From: Nanobdellota archaeon
GTDB lineage: Archaea > Nanobdellota > Nanobdellia > Pacearchaeales > GW2011-AR1
Assembly (NCBI GenBank): GCA_027364705.1
Contig: DAHXOU010000029.1
Span: forward strand, 1 to 55,861
DNA length: 55,861 nucleotides
Reading direction: 5' to 3'
Positions within the stretch are counted from its first letter, which is position 1; each line of letters starts with the position of its first letter. Below are positions 8,852 to 18,849 of the stretch, one piece after another. The notes under the pieces were generated by a model. It did no database searches. It was not told where the DNA came from and saw only the letters and a program-made list of their open reading frames with translations. Position numbers and translations under genes: made by a program.

Positions 8852-10328
8852 CTTGATTCTCCAGAATTTTTCTTTTTAATTTTATTTTTGTCATTTCTTG
8901 AATATGCTCTTTTGCTCCTTTCCCAAATTTGCTCTCTATCATATTTAAATATTTGGGGCTTGTAAAATATTTTTGAAAGGATTCATCTCTAAATTTTAAT
9001 ACTTCTCCTGCAGATAACTTTTTTGTTGAAAGAGGAAATGTTTCATAGGAATGCTGGGAATATCCAATCCACCCCGGACCCATTTTATCTTCGGGAAGCA
9101 CAATTTTTTCTTCAACACATTGTTTATGCAATTTTGAACCTGGATATGCCATTGCACAATAAAAATTTGCCCATTCGCAGTTTAATTCTTTTGCTAACTC
9201 AAATGTTTTTTGCATACTTTCTTTATCATCTTCTGGTAACCCAAAAATATAATTTGCCGCGACATAAATTCCATTATCTTTCATTTGATTAACTGCTTCA
9301 GTTATTTTTTTACTTCCGAATTTTCCTTTTGAAACATCTTTTCTTACCTCTTCATCACCCGACTCAATTCCAACACCCAGCCAGTTAATTCCTGCTTTTT
9401 TTAATGGAGATAAATATTCTTTTTTTGCAGTATCTATGCGCGCGTAAGACCATATATTTAATCCATAATCTCTCTTGATTAATCCTTCTGTTATCGGGAG
9501 AAAATGATTTGGGTTTAAAACAAATAATTCATCGATTATTTTAATATTTTTAACATCATATTTTTTTACGAGAGTATCAATTTGTTTAAGAACCCATTTC
9601 GGATTCCATTCTCTATATGCAGATTTTCCGAAAGGAGCATTGATACAACAAAATTCACAGTGATAGGGACATCCTAAACTTGTTGAAATTGCTGCATAAT
9701 TTTCTCTAGAATTTAAATCTCCGAGACAATGCCAATTATGTGCCTTATATTTTTTCATAGGTAATAAATCCCATGCAACATCATTAATTTCTTCTGTAAG
9801 GTTTGTTATCAAGTCTGCTCGATTAGTTGAGAAAATTTTATTTTCTTTTTTGTACCAAAGTCCAGGAATTTTTTCAAAATCTTTTTTTTCCAACAAACCT
9901 TGCAAAGTATAGAATCCTTCTCCTTCTCCAATGAAATCACAACTTTCTTCTTCAATGGTTTTTCTCGGTAATGCTGAAGGATGCAAACCTGTTAAAATAA
10001 TTTTTCTTTCAGGATTCTCTTTTTTTATTTCTTCACACAATCTTCTCACACTCGGCATTAGTGCTGTTGATGCCGATGGATGCTGGCCATAAACAACAAT
10101 ATTAGTTAGTTGGGGGTTATATTTTTCAACCTGTTTTGCTACTTCAATAAAATCTAAATTCTCTGCATTTGCGTCGAGAATATCCACATTAAAATTTTTA
10201 TTTCTTATATACCCTGCCATAATTGCTGCCCAAAAAGGAGGTTCTACTGCAGAAAAATCTTTTGATAATTCCTGATAAACTCTTTTTTTTGCTATGGGGT
10301 TTATCAATAACAAATCTAAACCTTTCAT
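8844..10328 (-). CDS. B12-binding-domain (class B) radical SAM enzyme
   Basis: 494 aa. N-terminal Rossmann-like domain (PPFWAAIMAGY...ILTGLHPS...IGEGEG), followed by TSLGCPYHCEFC. 8-nt overlap with the downstream radical SAM gene. Confidence 0.85.
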   Translation of the reverse strand: MKGLDLLLINPIAKKRVYQELSKDFSAVEPPFWAAIMAGYIRNKNFNVDILDANAENLDFIEVAKQVEKYNPQLTNIVVYGQHPSASTALMPSVRRLCEEIKKENPERKIILTGLHPSALPRKTIEEESCDFIGEGEGFYTLQGLLEKKDFEKIPGLWYKKENKIFSTNRADLITNLTEEINDVAWDLLPMKKYKAHNWHCLGDLNSRENYAAISTSLGCPYHCEFCCINAPFGKSAYREWNPKWVLKQIDTLVKKYDVKNIKIIDELFVLNPNHFLPITEGLIKRDYGLNIWSYARIDTAKKEYLSPLKKAGINWLGVGIESGDEEVRKDVSKGKFGSKKITEAVNQMKDNGIYVAANYIFGLPEDDKESMQKTFELAKELNCEWANFYCAMAYPGSKLHKQCVEEKIVLPEDKMGPGWIGYSQHSYETFPLSTKKLSAGEVLKFRDESFQKYFTSPKYLNMIESKFGKGAKEHIQEMTKIKLKRKILENQDA

Positions 10329-10437
10329 TCTCTTTGGAGAAAATTCCTTCTTTTAAAATTTCTGTAGGAATGATAGTTTTTCTAATATATATTTTCATAC
10401 ACAAATCCTTTAAAACCGAAATCTCCTGAAAAAGAAA
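10329..10437. promoter_or_regulatory. Divergent promoter region with two TATA-box candidates
   Basis: TTTTAAAA (10351-10358) lies about 26 nt from the minus-strand start at 10328. CTTTAAAAC (10408-10416) lies about 26 nt from the ATG at 10438. Confidence 0.45.
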
Positions 10438-12243
10438 ATGGGAAAAGAAATTAAGCTTGCAGATTATTTAATTAATTCTTTCGGAGAAAATGGGATTGGA
10501 CATATTTTTGAAGTATATGGTGCTGCTAATGGAGATTTAATCGACGCATTTACTAGAACAAATAAAACAAAATACATTTCTGTGATGCATGAACAAGCAG
10601 GAGGATTTGCTGCAGAAGGTTATGCAAAGGTTGCGGAGAAACCAGGAGTTGCAATTGCAACAAGCGGACCTGGAGGACAAAATTTTCTTACTCCTATTGC
10701 AAATTGTTATTATGATTCTGTTCCTGCAATATTCCTGACTGGACAGGTTGATTCAAGATTTTTAAGACCTACAGAAAACATTCGTCAAAGAGGATTTCAG
10801 GAAACTCCTATCGCAGAAATTGTAGCTCCTGTAACAAAATATTCTAAGATGATTACCGATCCAAATTCAATTAAATATGAATTTGAGAAAGCAATTTTTT
10901 ATTCTATGAATGGGCGACCAGGACCAATCCTCTTAGATTTGCCGATGGATGTCCAAAAAACAAAAATAAATCCAGAAGAATTAAAAGGTTTTAATAAAGA
11001 AGAATTTTCAAATAATTATAATTTTGACTTAATTAATGAACAGATTGATTCTTTTTTAGCTGACTTATATAAATCAGAAAGACCTTGCTTGTTGATTGGT
11101 GCGGGAGTTAGACACGCTAAGGGAATTGAAGATTTACTTGAAATTCAGGAAAAATTAAAAATTCCTTGTTTCCCGACGTGGAATGCTTTTGATATAGTAG
11201 CTTCTGATAATGAATATTACGGCGGAAGAATTGGAACTTACGGAGGCAAAGGTAGAAATTTTGGAATACAAAATTCAGATTTGGTTTTAGGAATAGGTAC
11301 AAGAGTTTCTGGAAGATTATTTGGTGGGAATACAAAAGCTTTTTTGCGGGGTGCTAAAACATATCTTGTAGATATTGATGAATCAATGCTCCATAGAGAA
11401 GTTCAAGAAGTTCCTTTTGATGTTAATATTTATTCTGACGCAAAATTTTTCTTATCTAGACTTAAGGAAAAAATAAATTCTAAAACTCTTCCCGATTTTA
11501 CAAAATGGGCTGAGCGTGTTAAAGAATGGAGAGATAAATATGATCCTGTAAGACCTGAATTTTTTTCTCAAAAAAATCCAACTAACCCTTATGTTTTTAT
11601 GCGAATGCTTTCAGGAGAGATGAAATCTAATGATATCTTCTTGGGAGATTGCGGAGGCAACATTGTAATTGCGGGACATGCTTTTGAAACAAAACAAGGG
11701 CAACGATTCATTACTAATAATGGAAACTCTCCAATGGGTTTTTCTTTTCCTGCAGCAATGGGGGCTTTTTTAGCTGCTTATGAAAAAAATCCTAATGGAA
11801 ATCAAAACACTGTTTGTGTAATTGGCGACGGAGGATTCAATTTAAACTTACAAGAATTGCAGACAATTAAGAATTATAATTTGGGGGTGAAAACTTTCAT
11901 ATTAAACAATCATTGTTATGGAATAACGAGACAATTTCAAAGAACAAATTTTGAAGGGAGAGAAGAAGCATGCGGTCCAAAAGGATATCATCCTCCTGAT
12001 TTTATAAAAATTGCTAAGGCATATGGAATTCCAACGATAACTATCAACAAAAATTCTGAAGCTAAAAATAAAATAAGAAAAGTTTTAGATCATAAAGGAC
12101 CAATTCTTTGTGATGTGAATTGTCATGATTGGGATACTTATGAACCAAGAGTTTTTGGTGCTTCTCCGATAGAAGATATGTATCCTAAACTTCCAAGAGA
12201 AGAATTTTTATCAAATATGATAATTCCTCCCATTAAAGAATAA
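10438..12243 (+). CDS. Thiamine-diphosphate enzyme of the acetolactate-synthase/YerE-like family (full three-domain length)
   Basis: 601 aa. N-terminal Pyr domain with the catalytic-Glu context HEQAGGFAAEGYA and ATSGPGGQN. C-terminal TPP motif GDGGFNLNLQELQT...ILNNHCYG. Confidence 0.85.
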   Translation: MGKEIKLADYLINSFGENGIGHIFEVYGAANGDLIDAFTRTNKTKYISVMHEQAGGFAAEGYAKVAEKPGVAIATSGPGGQNFLTPIANCYYDSVPAIFLTGQVDSRFLRPTENIRQRGFQETPIAEIVAPVTKYSKMITDPNSIKYEFEKAIFYSMNGRPGPILLDLPMDVQKTKINPEELKGFNKEEFSNNYNFDLINEQIDSFLADLYKSERPCLLIGAGVRHAKGIEDLLEIQEKLKIPCFPTWNAFDIVASDNEYYGGRIGTYGGKGRNFGIQNSDLVLGIGTRVSGRLFGGNTKAFLRGAKTYLVDIDESMLHREVQEVPFDVNIYSDAKFFLSRLKEKINSKTLPDFTKWAERVKEWRDKYDPVRPEFFSQKNPTNPYVFMRMLSGEMKSNDIFLGDCGGNIVIAGHAFETKQGQRFITNNGNSPMGFSFPAAMGAFLAAYEKNPNGNQNTVCVIGDGGFNLNLQELQTIKNYNLGVKTFILNNHCYGITRQFQRTNFEGREEACGPKGYHPPDFIKIAKAYGIPTITINKNSEAKNKIRKVLDHKGPILCDVNCHDWDTYEPRVFGASPIEDMYPKLPREEFLSNMIIPPIKE

Positions 12244-12246
12244 TAA

Positions 12247-13431
12247 TTAATTTTTATCTAAATACTTATTCAAAACTTCCCTCATTCTTTCAATTCCGTT
12301 TTCTATATTTTGCACAGAATTTGCATAACTTAATCTAACATATCCTTCACCATACTTTCCAAAAGCGGTTCCTGGAGATAAACTAACGCCACCTTCCTCC
12401 AACATTAATTTAGCAAATTCCCTGCTATTCATTCCAGTTTCTTTAATATTCGGGAAAACATAAAAAGCTCCTTGGGGTTTGATGCAACTTATTGCTGGTA
12501 GACTATTTAATCCATCAACAATTAAATCTCTTCTTCCTTTGTATTGTTTTATCATTTCATCACAATAAAGATTACTTCCACTAAGTGCTTCGATAGCTGC
12601 TTTTTGAATAAATGGGCTTGTACAGCTAAGACTAGTTTCCATTAATAATCCTGCTTTTTCTATAAATTCCTTCGGTGCAGTCATAATACCAATTCTCCAT
12701 CCAGTCATGGCATGTGATTTGCTGAATCCATTGACAATAATTGTTCTTTCTTTACATTTATCGTAAATGCTCGGGGAAGAAAATTGCACATTATCATAAA
12801 TCAAACGAGTGTACATTTCATCACTTAAAAGCCAAAGATCTTTTTTTTCTGCAATATCATAAATTTCTTTAATCTCTTCTGGAGTCATAACTGCTCCCAA
12901 AGGATTACTCGGGGAATTTATTATTATCATTTTTGTTTTATCTGTTATTGCTTTCTCTACATCTTTCGGATTTAATCGGAATTTATTTTTTTCATAAACA
13001 GGAACTCTAATAGCTTCTACTCTTCTTGCTTTAATAATTGAAAAATAAGAAGCAAATCCCGGATCTGGCACAATTATTTCATCTCCCGGGTTAGCCGTGC
13101 AAGAAACTGCGAAATCAATTTGAACATTTGCTCCCGGAGTTACTAATAATTGATTTAAATCCGGTCTAAATCCTCTTCTTCCTCTTTCTGTTGAATCCGC
13201 CGCAGCAACTTTTAATTCTAGTAATCCTGATGATGGCGCGTAATGCGTAAATCCTTTATTAAGGGCATCATAACAAGAGTTGATTATATTCTTGGGTGTA
13301 TTAAAATCTGGATCTCCAAGTTCAAAATGAAAAATTGTTTTACCTTCTTTTTCAAGTTCTTTCGCCCGACTTAATATTTGAAACATTTCTTGCCCTTCTA
13401 ATCTATCGGTCATGTCAGATAATTTTGCCAT
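12247..13431 (-). CDS. Class I/II PLP-dependent aminotransferase (AspC-like)
   Basis: 394 aa. PLP-lysine motif NGFSKSHAMTGWRIG. The INSPSNPLG and LSDEMY motifs are typical of fold-type I aminotransferases. Confidence 0.85.
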   Translation of the reverse strand: MAKLSDMTDRLEGQEMFQILSRAKELEKEGKTIFHFELGDPDFNTPKNIINSCYDALNKGFTHYAPSSGLLELKVAAADSTERGRRGFRPDLNQLLVTPGANVQIDFAVSCTANPGDEIIVPDPGFASYFSIIKARRVEAIRVPVYEKNKFRLNPKDVEKAITDKTKMIIINSPSNPLGAVMTPEEIKEIYDIAEKKDLWLLSDEMYTRLIYDNVQFSSPSIYDKCKERTIIVNGFSKSHAMTGWRIGIMTAPKEFIEKAGLLMETSLSCTSPFIQKAAIEALSGSNLYCDEMIKQYKGRRDLIVDGLNSLPAISCIKPQGAFYVFPNIKETGMNSREFAKLMLEEGGVSLSPGTAFGKYGEGYVRLSYANSVQNIENGIERMREVLNKYLDKN

Positions 13432-13525
13432 TTCTATTGGATAATTTGTTTCTTTTTAAGATTTCTGTAGTACAGATATATCTCTATAAATAAATATTTT
13501 TAAACAATTTTCTTTATCTAGCTTT
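13432..13525. promoter_or_regulatory. Divergent promoter region with two TATA-box candidates
   Basis: TTTTTAAG (13453-13460, read on the minus strand as CTTAAAAA) lies about 26 nt from the start at 13431. TTTTTAAAC (13497-13505) lies about 25 nt from the ATG at 13526. Confidence 0.45.
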
Positions 13526-14740
13526 ATGAAAGAAAGGAAGAAAAAAATTGTATTCTATTCTGCAACTACTCCAACCGTCTTTTTGTATAAACTAGGAATA
13601 TTATTTAAAAAAAATAATTATGAGACAATTTTATTTACAACCTGCGAGAAGAATAGATTTAATATGGAATTTTATAAAAATGCCTTTAACAGAGTAATCT
13701 GTTCTAATTTTCATTTTGTTAAACCTTCTCTAAAAAATATTTTTTACTTTTGTAAAAGAACTCCTGACCTAACAAATTTTTTATTTTTTTTAAAACGAAT
13801 AAAACCTTATGCAGTAATCGGGGTGGCTGGAAGTAATTGGCAATTAAGACTTGTTCACAAATATTTTTTTAAAAAATATCCATTTATCTATCTGCCTTAT
13901 GATATTCTGTCTCATTTTTTTAATTCTCTAAATGAAGCATTAGAACATACAAAATTAGACGAATTAACTGCAGAAAAATATTGTTTTGAAAACTCTGACG
14001 GAATTCTCCATAAAGGATCTCCAGAAGAATTATCTTTTATTTCTGGGAGAATTTTTGATAATATAAATATCGTTAAGGATACTCTCAGTTTCATGCCCTA
14101 TTGTTCAGAGGAATATAATGTTCCAATAAATAAAAATAAACTTTCAAAAAAAGATAAAGAATTTCATACTGTCTATGTTGGGGGTTTTTTACATGACCCA
14201 TTATCAAAAAAATCTAATCAGGATTCTATTAAAAAATTATTAGACCAAAATATACACGTCCATGTATATGCTCTTTCTGACCATTGTTCTAAAGAGGAAG
14301 AAGAAAATGCAATAAATGATTTCTTTGGAATCTTTATACAAAATAAATATTTTCACTTACATCACTCATTAGAACCAAAAGAGTTGATTAAAGAAATATC
14401 CCAATATGATTTTGGATTATTTTTTGCCTATGATTATTATCAAAGAACAGGTATAGAATTAAATCATAGCACGGGAAATAAAATTTCTAGCTACTTAGAA
14501 GCAGGTCTTCCAATCATTTATGATTCTAGGCTTTTATTTGTCGATCGATTAATGAAACCTTATAATTTAAACATCTATCTAAATGAAGAAAATATCCTGA
14601 ATACTCTTCAAAAAATAAATTATACTGCCCTTGTTAAACAAGTTGAAAAAATGAGATCTGATTTTGATATGGATAGAAATTTTTCAAGACTAAATGAGTT
14701 TATAGAAACTATTTGTAAATCTGTTAAAAAAAGCCCATAA
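13526..14740 (+). CDS. Hypothetical protein, possibly a divergent GT-B-fold glycosyltransferase
   Basis: 404 aa; the long ORF is convincing as a gene. The only hints to function are weak: VYVGGF...GNKISSYLEAGLPIIY, reminiscent of GT-B C-terminal domains. First gene of the 11-gene operon. Confidence 0.35.
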   Translation: MKERKKKIVFYSATTPTVFLYKLGILFKKNNYETILFTTCEKNRFNMEFYKNAFNRVICSNFHFVKPSLKNIFYFCKRTPDLTNFLFFLKRIKPYAVIGVAGSNWQLRLVHKYFFKKYPFIYLPYDILSHFFNSLNEALEHTKLDELTAEKYCFENSDGILHKGSPEELSFISGRIFDNINIVKDTLSFMPYCSEEYNVPINKNKLSKKDKEFHTVYVGGFLHDPLSKKSNQDSIKKLLDQNIHVHVYALSDHCSKEEEENAINDFFGIFIQNKYFHLHHSLEPKELIKEISQYDFGLFFAYDYYQRTGIELNHSTGNKISSYLEAGLPIIYDSRLLFVDRLMKPYNLNIYLNEENILNTLQKINYTALVKQVEKMRSDFDMDRNFSRLNEFIETICKSVKKSP

Positions 14741-14767
14741 TCCATCTATATATGGGACCTTCATAAA

Positions 14768-14780
14768 TTATTTAAATTAA
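14768..14780 (+). promoter_or_regulatory. TATA-box candidate
   Basis: TTATTTAAATTAA centred about 24 nt upstream of the ATG at 14798. Confidence 0.4.
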
Positions 14781-14797
14781 TCTCACAAATTTTTTTT

Positions 14798-16051
14798 ATG
14801 AAGATAGTATTAACAACTCTCCCTAAAGAAGGGAGTGCATTCAATTGGGTAACTCCAAAATATTTTTATCCTGATGATTCCAAATTTGTTCCCTTAGGTT
14901 TACTTTCTTTAGCATCTAATCTACCTTCTGAGCATGAGATTACTGTTTTGGATCCAAATAGTTTTTGTTGGTCTATCGATAAAACAATAGAAGAAATTGA
15001 AAAACAAAGACCAGATATTTTAGGTATCTCTGCTGTAACACTTAAGGCATACTCTATGGTTAAAATATTAAAAGAAACTTCGGCTCCTTACAAAATTGTT
15101 GGCGGTCCGCATACAACGAACAATTCTTCATCTATTCTAAATCAGGGAGCAGATGCAACTTTCATTGGACAACTAGCAGATTTAGAATTTGTAGATGCTA
15201 TAAAAAATAAACCCAAAGGAATTGTCTATTGTAATACTAACCTTAATCAAATAAAATTTCCAAACAGAAAGTTTATCGACATAAATTTTTATTATCCTTC
15301 ATCTATATTATTTTCAGCAAATAATAGGATGTCTACCTTTTCTAGTGTTGGTTGTCCACATCATTGTAGTTTTTGCGATGTTCAAACAAAAAAAATTCAA
15401 AGAAAATCTCCAGAATCTCTTTTAGAAGAAATGATCTATTTGCAGAAAATAGGTGCTAAGAGTATTCATCTAATGGATGATAACTTTAATACTAATGAAT
15501 CTTATTTAGAATCAATTTGTTCTGAGATGGATAAAAAAGAATTTTATTCTGAATGGAGTGGGAGAGGTCAGGCAAAAATAAGTCCGCATATAGCTAATAT
15601 GTTAAGTGAACGAAATTTTAAGAGAATTCATGTGGGGTTTGAATCTCTCTCGGATAAAACTTTGAAATTTTTTAATAAACCACAAAACTTTTCTCAGATA
15701 CAAAAATTTTGTGAGACTACAAATAAATATGGAATAGACATCCTGGGATATTTTATTATTGGTGCTCCTACAGAAACCGAAGAAGATAAACATACAATGG
15801 CACAAAAGATAAATGATCTCGGGATAAAATATCCTTATATTAACATTTTACAGCCTCTGCCAAATACCGAATATTATTCTTTCTTATTAAATGAAGGAAT
15901 CTACAAAAAAGATTATTGGGCAGAATATATTTCAAATCCTGTGCCAGATTTTATGTTACCTTTTCCTTACGGAGAAAAAAAGTGGCAAGAAGATGCAGAA
16001 TTTGTAAACGAGATGATAAACTTGTTTAAAGAAAAAAATGAAAATGAATAA
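14798..16051 (+). CDS. B12-binding-domain (class B) radical SAM enzyme
   Basis: 417 aa. N-terminal PLGLLSLASNL...IVGGPHTT, followed by SSVGCPHHCSFC. 14-nt overlap with the downstream GT9 gene. Confidence 0.85.
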   Translation: MKIVLTTLPKEGSAFNWVTPKYFYPDDSKFVPLGLLSLASNLPSEHEITVLDPNSFCWSIDKTIEEIEKQRPDILGISAVTLKAYSMVKILKETSAPYKIVGGPHTTNNSSSILNQGADATFIGQLADLEFVDAIKNKPKGIVYCNTNLNQIKFPNRKFIDINFYYPSSILFSANNRMSTFSSVGCPHHCSFCDVQTKKIQRKSPESLLEEMIYLQKIGAKSIHLMDDNFNTNESYLESICSEMDKKEFYSEWSGRGQAKISPHIANMLSERNFKRIHVGFESLSDKTLKFFNKPQNFSQIQKFCETTNKYGIDILGYFIIGAPTETEEDKHTMAQKINDLGIKYPYINILQPLPNTEYYSFLLNEGIYKKDYWAEYISNPVPDFMLPFPYGEKKWQEDAEFVNEMINLFKEKNENE

Positions 16052-16988
16052 AATTTTAATCATTAAAACAGGTTATTCTGAACTATTAGACAAAGAAAAT
16101 AATTCCCGCAAAGTTAGTCTTGGAGATATTTTAAGAACTACTTGTTTATTGCATTTATTCAAAAAAGATAATGTATCTTGGGTAACCGATGAATCTGCTT
16201 TTCCTCTTCTAGAAAAAAATCCTTATATTCATCGAGTTCTTCCATATGATTTAACAACAACTTTTCAGTTAATGGCCGAAGAATTTGATACCGTGATTAA
16301 TCTTGAAAAAACCCCTGGAATTTGTGCTCTTTCAGATAGAATTCGTGCAAGACGGAATCGGTATGGTTTTACTTTCAATAGTCAATCTGGAACTGCAGAA
16401 CCTTATGCTATGGCTTCGAACATATTAACTGTATGTGCAGACCCCCATCTTAAAAAAACAAATAAAAAAACTGCACAGGAACTTTTATTTGAAACAGTTG
16501 GAGAAACATGGAACAAAGAAGAATATGTTTTGGGATATACTCCAAAAACCGATGAAATATTTGATGTAGGTCTTAATACTCAAGTTGGGCAAAAATGGCC
16601 AACTAAATCGTGGCCTAGTAATCACTGGGATAAATTAGAAAGTTTATTATCGGAGAATAAAATAAAAACAAGTAGACAGGAAAAAAATAACCCCCTTATT
16701 CTCGGAGATTTGTTTAAATATATTGATTGGATAAATTCTTGTAAAGTTCTAGTTAGCAATGATAGTCTTGGATTGCACTTGGGAATTGCTCTGAAAAAAA
16801 AAGTTTTTGGGTTATTTGGTCCAACTCCTCATTTGGAAGTTTATTTTTATGGCCGAGGTAAAGCAATCCTACCCGAACCAGTTCCTTCCTGTCTGCCTTG
16901 TTTTGAAGGAAAATGTCTGAGGGAAAGAAATTGTTTGGAAGATATATCTCCAAATACAATCTATAATGAGGTGTTAAAAATAATTTAA
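16038..16988 (+). CDS. Glycosyltransferase family 9 (heptosyltransferase-family) protein
   Basis: 316 aa. ILIIKTG...GDILRTTCL N-terminus, VSNDSLGLHLGIALKKKVFGLFGPT donor-domain motif, and the C-terminal Cys motif CLPCFEGKCLRERNCLEDISP typical of GT9. The start may be at 16044. Confidence 0.75.
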   Translation: MKMNKILIIKTGYSELLDKENNSRKVSLGDILRTTCLLHLFKKDNVSWVTDESAFPLLEKNPYIHRVLPYDLTTTFQLMAEEFDTVINLEKTPGICALSDRIRARRNRYGFTFNSQSGTAEPYAMASNILTVCADPHLKKTNKKTAQELLFETVGETWNKEEYVLGYTPKTDEIFDVGLNTQVGQKWPTKSWPSNHWDKLESLLSENKIKTSRQEKNNPLILGDLFKYIDWINSCKVLVSNDSLGLHLGIALKKKVFGLFGPTPHLEVYFYGRGKAILPEPVPSCLPCFEGKCLRERNCLEDISPNTIYNEVLKII

Positions 16989-17010
16989 TTATTATTCATT
17001 AAATAATATC

Positions 17011-18849
17011 ATGGAACAAAATAAAAACAATATTAAGGATTACGATAACAATGATATTTTCTGGAAAAATTTTTCCAAAATCCAAAATAATCCTTATCTT
17101 GTTGGCGACTTAAATGATTTCAAATGTTTATTTGTTTTTCCAACGCCATCTGATGATTTTTCAAAAGACTATTATCCTACTCCTCTTGGGACTATGGCCT
17201 CTTTGGTTCGAATGAATAAAGGTCACGCAAAAATAATCACACCTGACGTAAAAAATTATAATCCTCTCGATTTTGCAGGTTATGATTTAATTTGTTTTTA
17301 TCCAATGATTGCTTCTTTTTCTCAGACAATGGATCTTCCGCAAAAAATTAAGAAAGATTTTTCCAATTCAAAAATTTGTTTATTTAACTCAGACCAACAT
17401 CAACATGAGATGATGTTATGTGCACCAAAAGCAAAAAATCTAGCAGAGAAGATTATGCAAAAATATTCTTCTTTAGATTATATCTTAGTAGGAGAATCTG
17501 AAAAATCTTTTATCAATCTCTGTAAAAAAATAAAATTAAAAGAGAATGATTTGGAAACTATTCCTTCTTGCATTTATAGAACTGAAGGAAAAATAAAAGT
17601 GTCTAATCAACCCATCATTCCGGTGGAATTTAAATTTTTACCATTTCCTTCTAGGGATTATTTGGAAGAAAAAATTTCCCCCGAAGGAATAAATTCACTT
17701 TCTCCAAGAATACATTCTAGTCGAGGATGTACTTCACAATGTTCTTTTTGTGCTGAATCTGCTGCAAATATAACTCTCGACGGAAGAAAACAACCCGTTT
17801 TAAACAGAGATATAAATCAGTTTATTGATGAAATAGAATTATTGCAAAAAAATTACGGTGCAGTTTTCTTTAATATTATGGATAGTTCTTTTGAAGATCC
17901 TGCAAAAGAAGGAATCATACGTATGAAAAAATTTTCTGAGGGCATATTAGAAAGAAAAATAGATGCTTCATTTAAGATTCATTTAAGGGCAGAGACAATA
18001 GAAAATCTCGACAATAATTTTCTTGATTTGCTTAAACTTTCTGGAGTAGACATAATCGGTGTCGGGGTTGAATCTGCTCTTGAAGAAGAATTAAAATCTT
18101 ACAAAAAAAGAACAACTGTCAAAAAAAGTATTTGCTCTATGAATAAGTTAGAAGAGCAACACGATTTTTTTGCTATTGTTGGATATATCATGTTTACACC
18201 TGAATTAAAATCTGAAGATTTTCTAACTAAAGTTGAATTCTTAAAAGGAATTAATCGTGGATGGGATTATATGAACCTATCTCATAGTATGCTTATCTTT
18301 CCTGGGAGCGAGTATCATAATCTTTTACAAAAAAGAGGATTAGAAGCAGAACATGATGAATTAGCTTTTTTAATCCCTTACAACTTTAGTGAAGAGAATA
18401 CAAGAAAAATTGCAGATGAAATGAGTAACCTCAAAAAAAAATGTCCTGAAGTGATAAAATTGAATAATGCATTATATGACGCAAAAAATTTGGTAAGTAG
18501 ATATTCTAATAAGATGAATAAACACTTATGGGAAAAAGAATCGGTCTTTTTAAATTTTAAAAAAAATTTATCTGAAATTTTACTAGTTACGGAATCAAAA
18601 TATTCTTCATATACTCACGATCTTTTTGAAGTTATCCAATCATCTTCTTCAGATAATCAAAAAGATTTAATCTTTGAAAAAAATATTTCTCCTTATATTC
18701 CGCCTCTATTAAATAAAACTACAAATTTAATCAACAATGTTCTTGAGGATTTTGAATCTTTTGGGCTTTCAACAAACAAACTTTATCTTAAAACATGGTT
18801 ATCTTTGATAAACACTCAGAAAAATATCGTCGGAGGGAAAAATGTCTGA
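17011..18849 (+). CDS. B12-binding-domain (class B) radical SAM enzyme with a long C-terminal extension
   Basis: 612 aa. SSRGCTSQCSFC after a Rossmann-like N-terminal domain. I recognise no motif in the last 150 aa or so. Confidence 0.8.
   Translation: MEQNKNNIKDYDNNDIFWKNFSKIQNNPYLVGDLNDFKCLFVFPTPSDDFSKDYYPTPLGTMASLVRMNKGHAKIITPDVKNYNPLDFAGYDLICFYPMIASFSQTMDLPQKIKKDFSNSKICLFNSDQHQHEMMLCAPKAKNLAEKIMQKYSSLDYILVGESEKSFINLCKKIKLKENDLETIPSCIYRTEGKIKVSNQPIIPVEFKFLPFPSRDYLEEKISPEGINSLSPRIHSSRGCTSQCSFCAESAANITLDGRKQPVLNRDINQFIDEIELLQKNYGAVFFNIMDSSFEDPAKEGIIRMKKFSEGILERKIDASFKIHLRAETIENLDNNFLDLLKLSGVDIIGVGVESALEEELKSYKKRTTVKKSICSMNKLEEQHDFFAIVGYIMFTPELKSEDFLTKVEFLKGINRGWDYMNLSHSMLIFPGSEYHNLLQKRGLEAEHDELAFLIPYNFSEENTRKIADEMSNLKKKCPEVIKLNNALYDAKNLVSRYSNKMNKHLWEKESVFLNFKKNLSEILLVTESKYSSYTHDLFEVIQSSSSDNQKDLIFEKNISPYIPPLLNKTTNLINNVLEDFESFGLSTNKLYLKTWLSLINTQKNIVGGKNV

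Noticed and set aside
10438-13431. TPP decarboxylase-like enzyme + aminotransferase + B12-rSAM methylases as a phosphonate (AEP / methylphosphonate-type) cluster
   Set aside because: No PEP mutase-like ORF is present anywhere in the window. The TPP enzyme is full ALS length (601 aa) rather than phosphonopyruvate-decarboxylase length.
16794-16802. Homopolymeric A/T tracts (the longest seen is A9 in the GT9 gene at 16794-16802, with many 8-mers elsewhere) as phase-variation switches
   Set aside because: Tracts of 8-9 nt are expected from Lys/Phe-rich coding in DNA of about 30% G+C. None is unusually long, and they are not concentrated at 5' ends of glycosyltransferase genes.
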